A DNA stretch of 45,932 bases from Minisyncoccota bacterium (GCA_041908795.1 JAYRER010000023.1:1-45932); one strand, 5' to 3'. Counted from the stretch's first letter, positions 18,462 through 27,731 are shown. Numbers and translations: made by a program. Notes: generated by a model not told the origin, from the letters alone.

Positions 18462-20234
18462 CTACCACCTTCCTCCTCCCCCACCACCAAATCCTCCACC
18501 CGAAAAGCCTCCGCCGCCCGAACCGGAAGATTTCGGTGCCGACGCCGCCGCAATATCGCTCGTAAAGTGCGCGAGGTCAGTCGCGAGCGCGGTCGCAGTG
18601 AGTGCGTGAGTGGGCGAGCCCGTATACCAGTCGCATTCCGCCATCGAGAGCCCCTCGAACTGCTCCGCCCACTGCGTTTCCACCTTGAGCGCTATCGCAT
18701 ACGGAAGGTACTTGTCAAAGAGCTCCGGTGTTTTTTCCGGTGCATGGTGAAACTCAAGACGGTCTTTCTCCGCAACCGAGAGGTAGCGGCGAAACCCCTC
18801 AACGTGCTCGTGCATCGCCACCCCAAGGGCCGTTTTTGCGGGCATGAAGTAGCCGATACTCGCCACAATGACACCCGCAAATAACACACCCGCTCCCACA
18901 AACGCCATCGAGGGCAAGCCCGCAAAAATGAGCACGGCACCCGTCCCCACGTACCAGAGGCGCACCGTTGCGGGGCTGTGTGCGAAGTACCCCAAGGAGA
19001 CCGCCTCGTCGTACACACGCTCCTCAACCTCCTGCTTTTGCGTCGTCCACTTGTGCTTCATCTTGGAGAGGAGCGCGCCATGCACGATACGGTCGGGAAG
19101 CTCGTGCGAGCCCTCAAATGCAGAGTCAAAAAGTTTATCGAGAATGAGCGCACCAATCCCACCTACGGGCTCGTGCTCTTTCGTGCGCCGCTCAAACAGG
19201 TAGTCGGTGTCGGGAAACAGACCCAGTATTTTTTTCTCGATACGATGAATGCGTATATGCCCTTCAACCGCAAGCGCAATGAGTTCACCCGCAAGCTCGC
19301 TGTTTCCAAGCGACTCGTCGTACATGAGTCCCGCGACTGCGGACCCCATACCTTTGGGCGGCTCATACTCCGGCACAATGGTGCCTCGTCCCCGAGGGTC
19401 CCTCCCACGCGTGTACCAGAGGGTGAGCATAGTGAACAGTGCGATAAGCGGAAGGAGTATTGAGAATGCCACGCGCAGATAGTAGTAATCGAACCCCTCC
19501 CCACCGTCCCCAGAGAGCCGCAGGCCCGCACCGGAAATAGTACCCGTTGCAAACGCTATCGCGATCGTAATACCCTCGCGCGGACTGAGTGACTCCGGCA
19601 CCATGGTGTAGACACCACGCCCGTCTCTATCCACAAAGCCCGAGCGCGCGCATCGCACGTTTGAGCCGCGCGGCCCTTTGTAGCACGCGCTACTTGTCGC
19701 CACCGCACCCTCGGGGATGAGCACCTCAACACTCACCACCTCCATGGGCACCTCCCAGGCATCCCCCGTCACATTCCAGTAGAACTCATCAAACTCATCG
19801 TGGAACAAAAACGGCCCCTCCACCTTGTAGGAGAGTTGATACGTGTTAATACCTGTGACTGTTTCGTTCGGCTCACCGACGCGTACCGTGAGCATGCCAT
19901 CCTCACGAAGCTCCTTGACGTGCAACATATTCCCAAGTTGGTTGCGCGCCTCAATGTCACTCACATCTGCGATATAGCTCCCTCGTGCAAGGTTATAACG
20001 ATAGGGAATGGTACGCTCTATACCATGCGCAGGAACATCACCAAAATCATAGACGATGGTCTCTGTCACACTTATTGTTGCGTCTTTGTGGATGAGAATC
20101 CCACTCTCAAAAGAACGAATTACATCTTCCGCACTCACCGCTGTGGGAGCTAACCCTATAAAAACGACACCAACAGAAAGCGCAAACAGACGTCTCGGTT
20201 TCCACATTGAAATATCATACCTTATATGCGACAT
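18462..20234 (-). CDS. DUF2207-like membrane protein
   Basis: 590 aa. Signal/TM segment, extracellular N-domain, central TM cluster and a glycine tail (GGGGFSGGGFGGGGGGRW), characteristic of the DUF2207 family. Confidence 0.75.
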   Translation of the reverse strand: MSHIRYDISMWKPRRLFALSVGVVFIGLAPTAVSAEDVIRSFESGILIHKDATISVTETIVYDFGDVPAHGIERTIPYRYNLARGSYIADVSDIEARNQLGNMLHVKELREDGMLTVRVGEPNETVTGINTYQLSYKVEGPFLFHDEFDEFYWNVTGDAWEVPMEVVSVEVLIPEGAVATSSACYKGPRGSNVRCARSGFVDRDGRGVYTMVPESLSPREGITIAIAFATGTISGAGLRLSGDGGEGFDYYYLRVAFSILLPLIALFTMLTLWYTRGRDPRGRGTIVPEYEPPKGMGSAVAGLMYDESLGNSELAGELIALAVEGHIRIHRIEKKILGLFPDTDYLFERRTKEHEPVGGIGALILDKLFDSAFEGSHELPDRIVHGALLSKMKHKWTTQKQEVEERVYDEAVSLGYFAHSPATVRLWYVGTGAVLIFAGLPSMAFVGAGVLFAGVIVASIGYFMPAKTALGVAMHEHVEGFRRYLSVAEKDRLEFHHAPEKTPELFDKYLPYAIALKVETQWAEQFEGLSMAECDWYTGSPTHALTATALATDLAHFTSDIAAASAPKSSGSGGGGFSGGGFGGGGGGRW

Positions 20235-20377
20235 GTTTCAGAACATCCTTCAATTTATTGAGGAGAACGTCAAATTCCTCGAACAAATGCATCGCAGATG
20301 CTCGCTTGATATGCTCAAGTCTCACCTTATCAACATAACGTAGCAGGCTTCAAAAATATCCATCTCGCCGATGCTAT

Positions 20378-20407
20378 ACACAAAAACCGCTGAGCGGCTT
20401 TTGTGTG
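20378..20407 (-). terminator. candidate intrinsic terminator
   Basis: On the minus strand, CACAAAAGCCGC-TCA-GCGGTTTTTGTG is a stem followed by a U-run. It lies just after the stop of the 331-aa ORF. Confidence 0.5.
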
Positions 20408-20420
20408 GAATCATTTAGTC

Positions 20421-21416
20421 TTATCGACGTCCAGTGTCAGATGAACCACTCCCTCCTGAGTAATCACAACCATCTCGTGCCCAACACACCGCAGTACCTC
20501 CTCCTTCGGATCCATAGCAGCTCCAACGCCATCTCCACGGACTTGTTTCATGCCACTCGCTACCCCGATTTCCTGAGGCACAGGCCGCCGCTCCTGCGGG
20601 ATAATCACAACCAGCATAATCGGTATTGTGCGCTGAACCACACTGACCACTCACCGGATTTGCCGGACGCCAGTTTGCACGACACGATACATCTGCACCC
20701 CCGTACGGACCATCGCAGGTCCACGTCCACCCACTTGGCCCTCCACCCGTAATGTTAATAGCGCCACCTACTGCACACAAGCCTGACGTTGGTTGCTGCC
20801 AAAACGTACCACCGTTTGCAGAACCACACACCGCCGTGGTGGGGGTTTGGCCTAGTGGAGCCCCTCCACACCTCATTGTGCAACATTCTATCGAAGCTGC
20901 CACATTACCACGACACTTTTGCGGATTGATACCCTTAAAAATTTCATGTGGCGCACAAGAAATCGCAGTATCAGAACAGCCAGTCCAACGACACGAGTCG
21001 TACGTACACGCCCCGCCGCCTCCGCCACCAATTTCGTTAATAGTCTTGCAGTTTCCCCCATTTTCATCGCAATATTTTGTCGCTCCAATGGCACCAGCGA
21101 CATCTATTTTTAACGTCTCACCCGGTGCACCTATAACCGAACTCAAGGACCCTGACCCAAGAAGAAGACCACCATTTGCAATAGCCAACCCTACAACATT
21201 AGGTGAAATGCCTGAGTTGAGCAATAGGTTACCCGCCTTCTCTTGAAAACCAGCTCCAACGTTGAGTGGAGCAAGAACGTTACCCCCGGGAGGTGCTTGG
21301 GTAGGTGCACTCCAATCAGCAAGGAGATACGATGCACCCGCGCCGAACAAAAGTGTACCAAGTGCGATAACAAGAGTGCGGCTCATAGCACGCGCAGATG
21401 ATTTTAGTGTACTCAT
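20421..21416 (-). CDS. secreted/anchored protein with C-terminal Cys-rich repeats
   Basis: 331 aa. N-terminal TM anchor, a WSAPTQAPPGGN..PLNVG..Q.K.G.L motif, then CGSA..G...C...W.W.C.G..GG...C repeats. Confidence 0.7.
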   Translation of the reverse strand: MSTLKSSARAMSRTLVIALGTLLFGAGASYLLADWSAPTQAPPGGNVLAPLNVGAGFQEKAGNLLLNSGISPNVVGLAIANGGLLLGSGSLSSVIGAPGETLKIDVAGAIGATKYCDENGGNCKTINEIGGGGGGACTYDSCRWTGCSDTAISCAPHEIFKGINPQKCRGNVAASIECCTMRCGGAPLGQTPTTAVCGSANGGTFWQQPTSGLCAVGGAINITGGGPSGWTWTCDGPYGGADVSCRANWRPANPVSGQCGSAHNTDYAGCDYPAGAAACASGNRGSEWHETSPWRWRWSCYGSEGGGTAVCWARDGCDYSGGSGSSDTGRR

Positions 21417-21509
21417 AAATATTTTATTTGCTCAAATAGCTGGTAATTTTATATTTAATTACAACACCTTATGTAAACGACCAGATGTTTCCCGTGTCCT
21501 ATCATAGCT

Positions 21510-21944
21510 TTATGGCGAGGGTTGCATTGATTTCCTAAGTTGTTCAAGCTCATTTTTACGCATCGCCTCTTCCCGAAGTGGTTCTTCCAAAAATTCCTTC
21601 ACACTCTCAGTTTCTGCTTCAGACTTAGGTGCCCCTTCTATGGGCTCTTGCATGGAGCTACGCAGCTGAGTGAGCGTTTCTTCACTCATAGGTTCAGGCT
21701 CTGCAAGAGCTGGGGCCTCTTTTGAAAATTGGAAAGGATTATAATATTCTATGTAGAGGAATAAAAATAGACAAGCAAGGACAAACACCACTGCGCCAGA
21801 TATAACAGTATTGCGGTTATTTTTATTATTTAGAGCACCTACTACATTGCTCAGAATCCCAGTTTCCATTCGTTCATGGTCACACAAATTAACAAGTGTG
21901 TCTACAAAAAAAAATGAGTTATGTGGATAAACACACGAATGCAA
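21510..21944 (-). CDS. hypothetical membrane-anchored protein
   Basis: 144-aa ORF with one TM helix and an acidic tail. The Met at 21869 (METGILS) is a likely alternative start. Confidence 0.5.
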   Translation of the reverse strand: MHSCVYPHNSFFFVDTLVNLCDHERMETGILSNVVGALNNKNNRNTVISGAVVFVLACLFLFLYIEYYNPFQFSKEAPALAEPEPMSEETLTQLRSSMQEPIEGAPKSEAETESVKEFLEEPLREEAMRKNELEQLRKSMQPSP

Positions 21945-22147
21945 TCAACAAGCGCTTAAACTAGTCGTTCACTTCTTACTCAGATAGTTTCCTCCAGACT
22001 ACGCAATTAAATACTTTATGACACAAAAAATCCTGTGTATGGTATTCTCAGTATGGGGGTTGTACCTCAAATAGCACATAAATAAAAGCAGGTTGACTCT
22101 TGTACTGCTCTGAGCAAAACCTTTTATCCATATTTTGTACCGGACAG

Positions 22148-22231
22148 TGGGCATGAGAGGACTTGAACCTCCACGGGATTGCTCCCACTACGACCTGAAC
22201 GTAGCGCGTCTACCAATTCCGCCACATGCCC
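22148..22231 (-). tRNA. tRNA-Leu(CAG)
   Basis: Hand-folded cloverleaf: acceptor GGGCATG/CATGCCC, anticodon loop TTCAGGT, long variable arm, T-loop TTCAAGT. No encoded CCA. Confidence 0.9.
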
Positions 22232-22401
22232 ATGCGCCTTTCGCCACATTGCCGCAGGTGCACCACCACAAGGTGGCACGGGTACCAATAGCACCGCCGT
22301 GGCGCAACGTGGCAAAGAATAGCACATTTTTTTCTTTCTTGCGCCGTCAGACTGTGCCAACTGTTGCGTCTCCACTTATATATCGGCACAATAAGGGTAC
22401 T

Positions 22402-24240
22402 ATGCAAAAAACACCGCTTCTATCTTTCTCTCTCATCGCTGTGGCGATGAGTCTGCTCATTGCTCCACACACACTTCGCGCGAATGAAATCAGCTACGGC
22501 TCACTCAAGGAGCAAAAAGGGTCCACCCTCCTCCTTGAGTACAAGGGACCTGCGGGCACGTACTACCACACCTGCGATGCGCTCACTCTAAAGTGTGGCA
22601 AAAAGCACACAACCCCGCCCGCACTTTTTCCGAAACTTGTGGGAGCGTCTGTGTACCCAAAGAGCGCGGATGGCACGCTCGCGGTGCGCGTAATGAACGT
22701 CGGTCAAAAGTTTTTCTATGTGCTCTACGACATATCAGGAAAAACTCCAAAGAAACGCGCCACCCTACCCTACAACAAAGGGGGTGCAACGGTTTCGTTT
22801 TCAAAAAACAATGATGCGGTACTTTTCAAGAATGGCCTCGCCTACACGCACTACGACATAGCAACAAAGAAATCGGTATCGATGACCCTCGCGCAAGAGC
22901 TCGCATTCCTCTCCGTGTCACCAAGCGCATCCTTCATCACGGGCTACAACTACGGTACACAGCGTCATGAATTGTGGGAGTTTGCGACAGGTAAGAAAAT
23001 CGAGGGACCAAGTGCTATGCAGAGTTATCTAGAATTCTCGAAAGATGAGACACGGGTGGCTTTCCTGGAGGATGTGGACGGTTTTCGTACCGTTTTTGTG
23101 GGTCCCCGACCCAGCAATGGCACGAGCGACATCTCGCAGTATACCCAGCTCACCAAGCCGAAAACCGAGGTCGAGGATTACCTCTTCATCGGCTCCACCC
23201 TCTACTTCCTCGCCAACGTCGAGGGACCTCTCGCGTGGGACCTCTGGGGCTATGACGGCACGAAAACAAGAAAAATTGAGGATGACGTTTCGTACGGCGA
23301 TTTCCTCAAAAGGGTAAAAACGGTAGACGGCTCCCATCTTGCCTACCAAAAAACAACGGGAAAAGTCACCAACGTGGTGCTTCTCTCCCCAAATCCTGGG
23401 GAAAAAATGGAACTTGCACCGGTCAAACCCTCACCCGCAAGTGACAAGGTCTCAAGCGAGGTGAAAGTGTACGGCAAACGCACGGGTGTACTCATGTCAC
23501 CTGTTGGGGACAGTGGCGAGAAGCGCAACCTCTTTATCTGGATGCACGGAGGGCCGATGCGGCAGGTGGCAAATGGGTACCACCCGTACCTGTCTTACGC
23601 AGTCTACGACGAGCTTTTGGAGCGCTTAGCCGAAGGAGGAGCGTATGTCTATAAAATTGACTACACCGGCTCTACTGGCTACGGATCAGCGTTTAGAAAG
23701 GCGCTGGAAATGAAAGTCGGTGATGTGGAAATCAAAGACATCAAAAATGCGATCGCGGATATAAAAAAAGAGAAAAATATTGGCAAGGTGTACCTTATCG
23801 GCAATTCCTATGGCGGCTACATGGCACTCCGTGGCATCGTGGCGGATCCGAAAACGATTGACGGGGCGGTTTCAATCGCAGGTGTATCAGACTGGTACGG
23901 CCTTGTACAGCAGATACCCTCTTCTCCGTTCCGAGAGGTGTTCAAGGGCGTGCCCGACCTCCACAACCTCGATGAGTACAAAAAAGCATCGGTTTTCATA
24001 GGTATGGATAAACTCACTAAGGACGATAAGGTACTCGTGGTGTGGGGTGAGCAGGATTCTACCGTGCCCGTCTGGCAGAGCACAAAGTACCTTGAGTTTG
24101 CTAAAACACAAAAGGCAACGGTGGGCTCCCTCTCCTTCCCCGACGAAGATCACATTCTCCGTCAACGCAAGAACCTGGACGCACTGTGCAAGAAGGTGAC
24201 GAGCTTTCTCGGGGTGAAGGCAGGGTGCAGCCTAGATTAA
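22402..24240 (+). CDS. S9 family serine peptidase (prolyl oligopeptidase/acylaminoacyl peptidase-like) with N-terminal propeller
   Basis: The ATG at 22402 gives a signal peptide (MQKTPLLSFSLIAVAMSLL). It has the GNSYGGYM nucleophile elbow and a C-terminal D...H. The upstream part of ORF 22135-24240 overlaps tRNA-Leu. Confidence 0.85.
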   Translation: MQKTPLLSFSLIAVAMSLLIAPHTLRANEISYGSLKEQKGSTLLLEYKGPAGTYYHTCDALTLKCGKKHTTPPALFPKLVGASVYPKSADGTLAVRVMNVGQKFFYVLYDISGKTPKKRATLPYNKGGATVSFSKNNDAVLFKNGLAYTHYDIATKKSVSMTLAQELAFLSVSPSASFITGYNYGTQRHELWEFATGKKIEGPSAMQSYLEFSKDETRVAFLEDVDGFRTVFVGPRPSNGTSDISQYTQLTKPKTEVEDYLFIGSTLYFLANVEGPLAWDLWGYDGTKTRKIEDDVSYGDFLKRVKTVDGSHLAYQKTTGKVTNVVLLSPNPGEKMELAPVKPSPASDKVSSEVKVYGKRTGVLMSPVGDSGEKRNLFIWMHGGPMRQVANGYHPYLSYAVYDELLERLAEGGAYVYKIDYTGSTGYGSAFRKALEMKVGDVEIKDIKNAIADIKKEKNIGKVYLIGNSYGGYMALRGIVADPKTIDGAVSIAGVSDWYGLVQQIPSSPFREVFKGVPDLHNLDEYKKASVFIGMDKLTKDDKVLVVWGEQDSTVPVWQSTKYLEFAKTQKATVGSLSFPDEDHILRQRKNLDALCKKVTSFLGVKAGCSLD

Positions 24241-24463
24241 TTTTGGTACAAATATTTTAAGTATCACTTGGTGCATGTCCAAGTCTCAAAGAGCATATCT
24301 TGTGATGGTAGGGGCACTGATCGCCCCATTCATATCTTTTTTGTTGAGCATGTTTGTGTTTTAAGTTGTTGATATTCAGAGGGACGCAGACGGATTCCAC
24401 CAATGCTCATCGGAAATATTACACAACTTAAGTACCCCCCAAAGAGCTGTTTTCATTGCAGAA

Positions 24464-25183
24464 TTGTTACTTTTAATCCTATCGTTCGTTGCCCCACCTT
24501 GTCTATTGGTGCTTGGGGTGGTGATGCTGCTTCAAGCACACACACCACACCGTACGCAACATGAAAGCGCAAGAACTAAGACCACGACACGTACGCTATG
24601 GTACGCAACATCAGTAAACGTACTAGTAATTTTCGGGGTCGCGTTACTCGACTGGAGCATGCGAGAGGTTATCATACTTTTCTGGATTGAAACTTTGATT
24701 ATTGGAATCATGCAATGGCTGAAGCTGCTCGCCTCAAAAATATGGGTTGCGGTTGTCTCTCTACCATTGTATGGATTCTTTGTCGCGACGTGGTACGTTG
24801 GAGCAGTATTTACCATCCTCATACTCTCTGTAAATTCACGTACCGACTTGAAGCCGGGGAGTTTCAATGGTGACCTTCATGCTCTATTGTATGAACTCTC
24901 GTTTCCTATAGCACTCATAGTGGTCTCACACCTTGTTGAGTTCATACTAAACTTCATCGTAACTGGAAAACATAAATCATACCTGGAAGGTAAAATAAAC
25001 TGGATTACATGGTTCCTCAATGTGCCAAGCCGGTTTGTGGTCATCGTGTGTACAGTTGCGTTGGGAATTATTTTCTCTATCTTTTTCCCGAACACACAGG
25101 CAGTTCTCTATATTTTTGTGCTCGGCAAACTTATCGTTGACGTACTGCACCAACGATATTCTCGCGGAAATTCAACCAACTAA
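24464..25183 (+). CDS. hypothetical multi-pass membrane protein
   Basis: 239-aa ORF (TTG start in the track) with about 6 hydrophobic segments. The start is uncertain. Confidence 0.45.
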   Translation: MLLLILSFVAPPCLLVLGVVMLLQAHTPHRTQHESARTKTTTRTLWYATSVNVLVIFGVALLDWSMREVIILFWIETLIIGIMQWLKLLASKIWVAVVSLPLYGFFVATWYVGAVFTILILSVNSRTDLKPGSFNGDLHALLYELSFPIALIVVSHLVEFILNFIVTGKHKSYLEGKINWITWFLNVPSRFVVIVCTVALGIIFSIFFPNTQAVLYIFVLGKLIVDVLHQRYSRGNSTN

Positions 25184-25222
25184 GTTGATTTATTACATAC
25201 TCCTTCGAAATGCCGTCCTTTG

Positions 25223-25254
25223 TGCGTGTGCTTGGAATCCAAGGACCTCTGTCT
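25223..25254 (-). pseudogene. 3' half of a decayed tRNA-Ile copy
   Basis: AGACAGAGGTCCTTGGATTCCAAGCACACGCA matches the 3' half of the intact tRNA-Ile. It has a 4-nt T-loop deletion and one acceptor mismatch. Confidence 0.6.
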
Positions 25255-25386
25255 TACAAACGGCAGCAAGGGTGTCGCGAGGAAGCAAGCTTACTCATGA
25301 CAGCCGAGCGAACCGTTTGTATGTGATCATACAGACGGGCGCGAGTGAGTACAGAAAACCACGTTCTTTCGAAATACCGTCCTTCG

Positions 25387-25458
25387 TGCGCGTGCTTGGA
25401 ATCGGACCAAGGACCTCTGTCTTATCAGGACAGCGTTCTACCACTGAACTACACGCGC
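25387..25458 (-). tRNA. tRNA-Ile(GAU)
   Basis: Cloverleaf: acceptor GCGCGTG/CACGCGC, D-arm GTTC-AGTGGTA-GAAC, anticodon loop CTGATAA, T-arm CTTGG-TCCGATT-CCAAG. No encoded CCA. Flanked by complementary strands CAGAAAACCATG / CGTGGTTTTCTG. Confidence 0.9.
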
Positions 25459-25530
25459 ACGAAAGAAACTATACCGAAGAAAAAGAGCATGGTTTTCTGA
25501 TGCGAGCGAGCGAACCGTTTGTATGATCCA

Positions 25531-25566
25531 TATCAGGACAATGTTCTACAACTGAACTACACGCGC
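25531..25566 (-). pseudogene. 5' half of a decayed tRNA-Ile copy
   Basis: GCGCGTGTAGTTCAGTTGTAGAACATTGTCCTGATA is the acceptor, D-arm and 5' anticodon stem-loop, ending inside the anticodon loop. Confidence 0.6.
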
Positions 25567-25716
25567 GGTAGCGGCTATCGTACCAAAAAATGGGCCAATT
25601 CTCAACTAAAAGCGATCGGCCCCATACGCCATGAAGTATTGTGCTCAATAAATAAACATACTACTGCGTAGCATGCCTGTTGAAGCCAACATTGACTCCT
25701 TTGTTTAGAATGCACT

Positions 25717-25732
25717 CTCTTTTGTTCCGTCC
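25717..25732 (-). other. 3' strand of the 16S processing stem (partner 28312-28327)
   Basis: Plus-strand CTCTTTTGTTCCGTCC (25717-25732) is the exact reverse complement of GGACGGAACAAAAGAG (28312-28327). This gives a 16-bp helix bracketing the 16S gene, as for RNase III processing stems. Confidence 0.6.
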
Positions 25733-26623
25733 CCTGGCCTTGCGGCCATTCGTTCAAAATCCCTCCGGTCTTTCCCGGCGTCAGCACCGATTTAAAGCTC
25801 GTGTGCTTACTTTCTTGTCCTCGTACGAGGGACAAGAATCGACTCACTAAGTGTCGTACTGTCGTACGACACGTTCCAGTTGGAAGTAATCCACGAGCAG
25901 CTTCCGCTACCCGTGCCTTGTTACGACTTACGCCCTGTTACCGAACTTACCGTAGGCCCGAATGAATCGGGACGTCGGGTACTCCCGGCTCCCTTGCGTT
26001 GACGGGCGGTGAGTACAAGACTCGAGAACGTATTCACCGCAGTATAGCTGACCTGCGATTACTAGCGATTCCGACTTCATGTGGGCGAGTTGCAGCCCAC
26101 AATCCGAACTGAGGATACCTTTCTTAGGATTTGCTCAGGGTTACCCCGTCGCTTCCCGTTGTAGTACCCATTGTAGCGCGCGTGCCGCCCAAGGCATCAG
26201 AGGGCAATACGGACCTGGCGTCATCCCCACCTTCCTCCCAAAAAGGGCAGTCTCGCCTGACACTTGTAACAGACGACAGGGGTTGCGTTCGTTGCCCGAC
26301 TTAACGGTACAATTCAAACCACGAACTGACGACGGCCATGCAGCACCTGCCTAGCTGTCCGAAGAGGGCTCACGTTTCTGCGAGCTTTCAGCTAGGTTTC
26401 AAGCCTTGGTGAGGTTCTTCGCTTATCGACGAATTAAGCCGCACGCTCCACCGCTTGTGCGAGTCCCCGTCTATTCCTTTGAGTTTTAAGCTTGCGCTCG
26501 TACTACCCAGGCGCTTCACTTAACGCGTTAGCTTCGCCACGGAGAGGGTCGATACTCCCCATAGCTAGTGAAGATCGTTTAGGGCGTAGACTACCGGGGT
26601 CACGTTGTTACTGCGTACCAACG

Positions 26624-26675
26624 AATTCAAAATGCAAAATGCAAAAGTCAAAATGACAATGCAAAATGCAAAAGC
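26624..26675. repeat. heptad AAAATGC-type A-rich array (single arm) inside the 16S intron
   Basis: aattc-aaaatgc-aaaatgc-aaaagtc-aaaatga-caatgc-aaaatgc-aaaagc. It shares the identical 20-mer GTCAAAATGACAATGCAAAA (26647-26666) with 41036-41055 in the 23S gene. Confidence 0.8.
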
Positions 26676-26747
26676 TTCGTCGCCACACGATGTGAACATT
26701 TCTGCCACATTCTCTATGTCGCCATAGAGGTCGGACTATATCTTCAC

Positions 26748-26778
26748 CCTGCACTTTCTGTTTTTGAGAAAGTGCAGG
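26748..26778. repeat. mini hairpin of the GCACTTTCT family
   Basis: CCTGCACTTTCT-gtttttg-AGAAAGTGCAGG, a perfect 12-bp stem. Confidence 0.85.
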
Positions 26779-27057
26779 AGCTTGGCGTTTAGTCTCTGAG
26801 GGTTCTCCGAACGTAATCGGAGCCTTCCCTGCTGATTGTCTGGTGCCCTGTCATAGACAGAGCGCACTTGTTGGGTTTCCCCTTAAGTACACCAGAGTTT
26901 CCAGCATATAGCCAAGTTGCTTTTGCACATTGCTGTGCAATGAGACACTGTTCGCACTCGTCTCACTCCAACCGGAGTGAGCACTTGCGGTGTCACAAAC
27001 ATGTGCGGGAGGCGATGCGAACTTGAACAAGTTGCGGAGCAAAAACGGAGTGTCTGA

Positions 27058-27090
27058 CCCAGCACTTTCTGTGTTTGAGAAAGTGCTGGG
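27058..27090. repeat. mini hairpin of the GCACTTTCT family
   Basis: CCCAGCACTTTCT-gtgtttg-AGAAAGTGCTGGG, a perfect 13-bp stem. Confidence 0.85.
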
Positions 27091-27388
27091 GAGTTGCCGT
27101 TTTTGCGATACGCAACGAGTATCAAGTTCGTTCGCCGGAGCACGGTTTGTGCAACGCGACGTGCGAACGTTTATCTAATCCCGTTCGCTACCTACGCTTT
27201 CGTGTCTCAGCGTCAGGAACGAGCCAGTGCACTGCCTTCGCCTTTGGTATTCCCCACGATATCAACGGATTTCACCCCTACACCGTGAGTTCTATGCACC
27301 TCTCTCGCCCTCGAGTTCTACCGTTTCCTCCGCAGTTCCGAGGTTGAGCCCCGGGCTTTAACAGAAGACTAATAGAACCGCCTACACA

Positions 27389-27419
<31 letters not shown>

Positions 27420-27731
27420 CGAGGCATCCGTATGACCGCTCCTGCTGGCACGGAATTGGGAGCCTCTTATTCATGAGGTAACGTCAAAATTCCTCCCTCA
27501 TAAAAGCAGTTTACGACCCGAAAGCCTTCATCCTGCACGCGGCGTCGCTCCGTCAGGCTTTCGCCCATTGCGGAATATTCTCGGCTGCAGCCTCCCGTAG
27601 GAGTATGGGCCGTGTCGCAGTCCCATCGGTGGGGGTCAGGCTCTCACCTCCCCTACGCGTCATAGCCTTGGTAGGCCATTACCCTACCAACTAGCTGATA
27701 CGACGCAGGCCGCTCCCGGTCCGCGAAAGCT

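Larger units (their letters stand above)
26601..27172 (-). mobile_element. group I intron in 16S rRNA (no ORF), inserted in GGATTAGAT^ACCCCGGTAGTC (after ~E. coli U793)
   Basis: The exon sequence is restored exactly by removing 26601-27172. There is a U at -1 and the intron ends in G. The core element GGGTGAAGATATAGTCCGACC matches the J8/7-P7 consensus of group I introns (compare Tetrahymena AAGATATAGTCGGACC). Confidence 0.8.

Noticed and set aside
22135-22401. N-terminal 89 codons of the 701-aa ORF track entry
   Set aside because: This part runs antisense through tRNA-Leu(CAG) and lacks protein-like composition. The ATG at 22402 gives a proper signal peptide.
24275-24364. 29-codon hydrophobic ORF (MSKSQRAYLVMVGALIAPFISFLLSMFVF) downstream of the peptidase gene
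   Set aside because: It has no SD or -10 context and no flanking structure to support it, unlike the 35-aa ORF in the 23S insertion. It could be real, but this window gives no support.
25195-25386. Expected tRNA-Ala(UGC) after tRNA-Ile in the 16S-distal spacer
   Set aside because: Hand folding found only the 3' half-copy of tRNA-Ile. No Ala anticodon arm or acceptor stem is present.
25020-25526. 168-aa plus-strand ORF across the tRNA-Ile region
   Set aside because: It overlaps the tRNA-Ile gene and its half-copies on the opposite strand. It is not coding.
26079-26354. ORFs inside the rRNA genes (for example 26079-26354, 26851-27347, 36931-37272, 40823-41215, 41907-42155, 42308-43345)
   Set aside because: They fall within sequence that aligns to conserved 16S/23S rRNA or its structured insertions. 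Only the GIY-YIG ORF, the two LAGLIDADG ORFs and (tentatively) the 35-aa ORF have protein-like features.
26624-26675. Short tandem AAAATGC-type repeats considered as a possible CRISPR array
   Set aside because: The units are 6-8 nt with no spacers. They form hairpin arms with complementary T-rich partners. There are no cas genes and no 25-40-nt repeat/spacer periodicity anywhere in the window.
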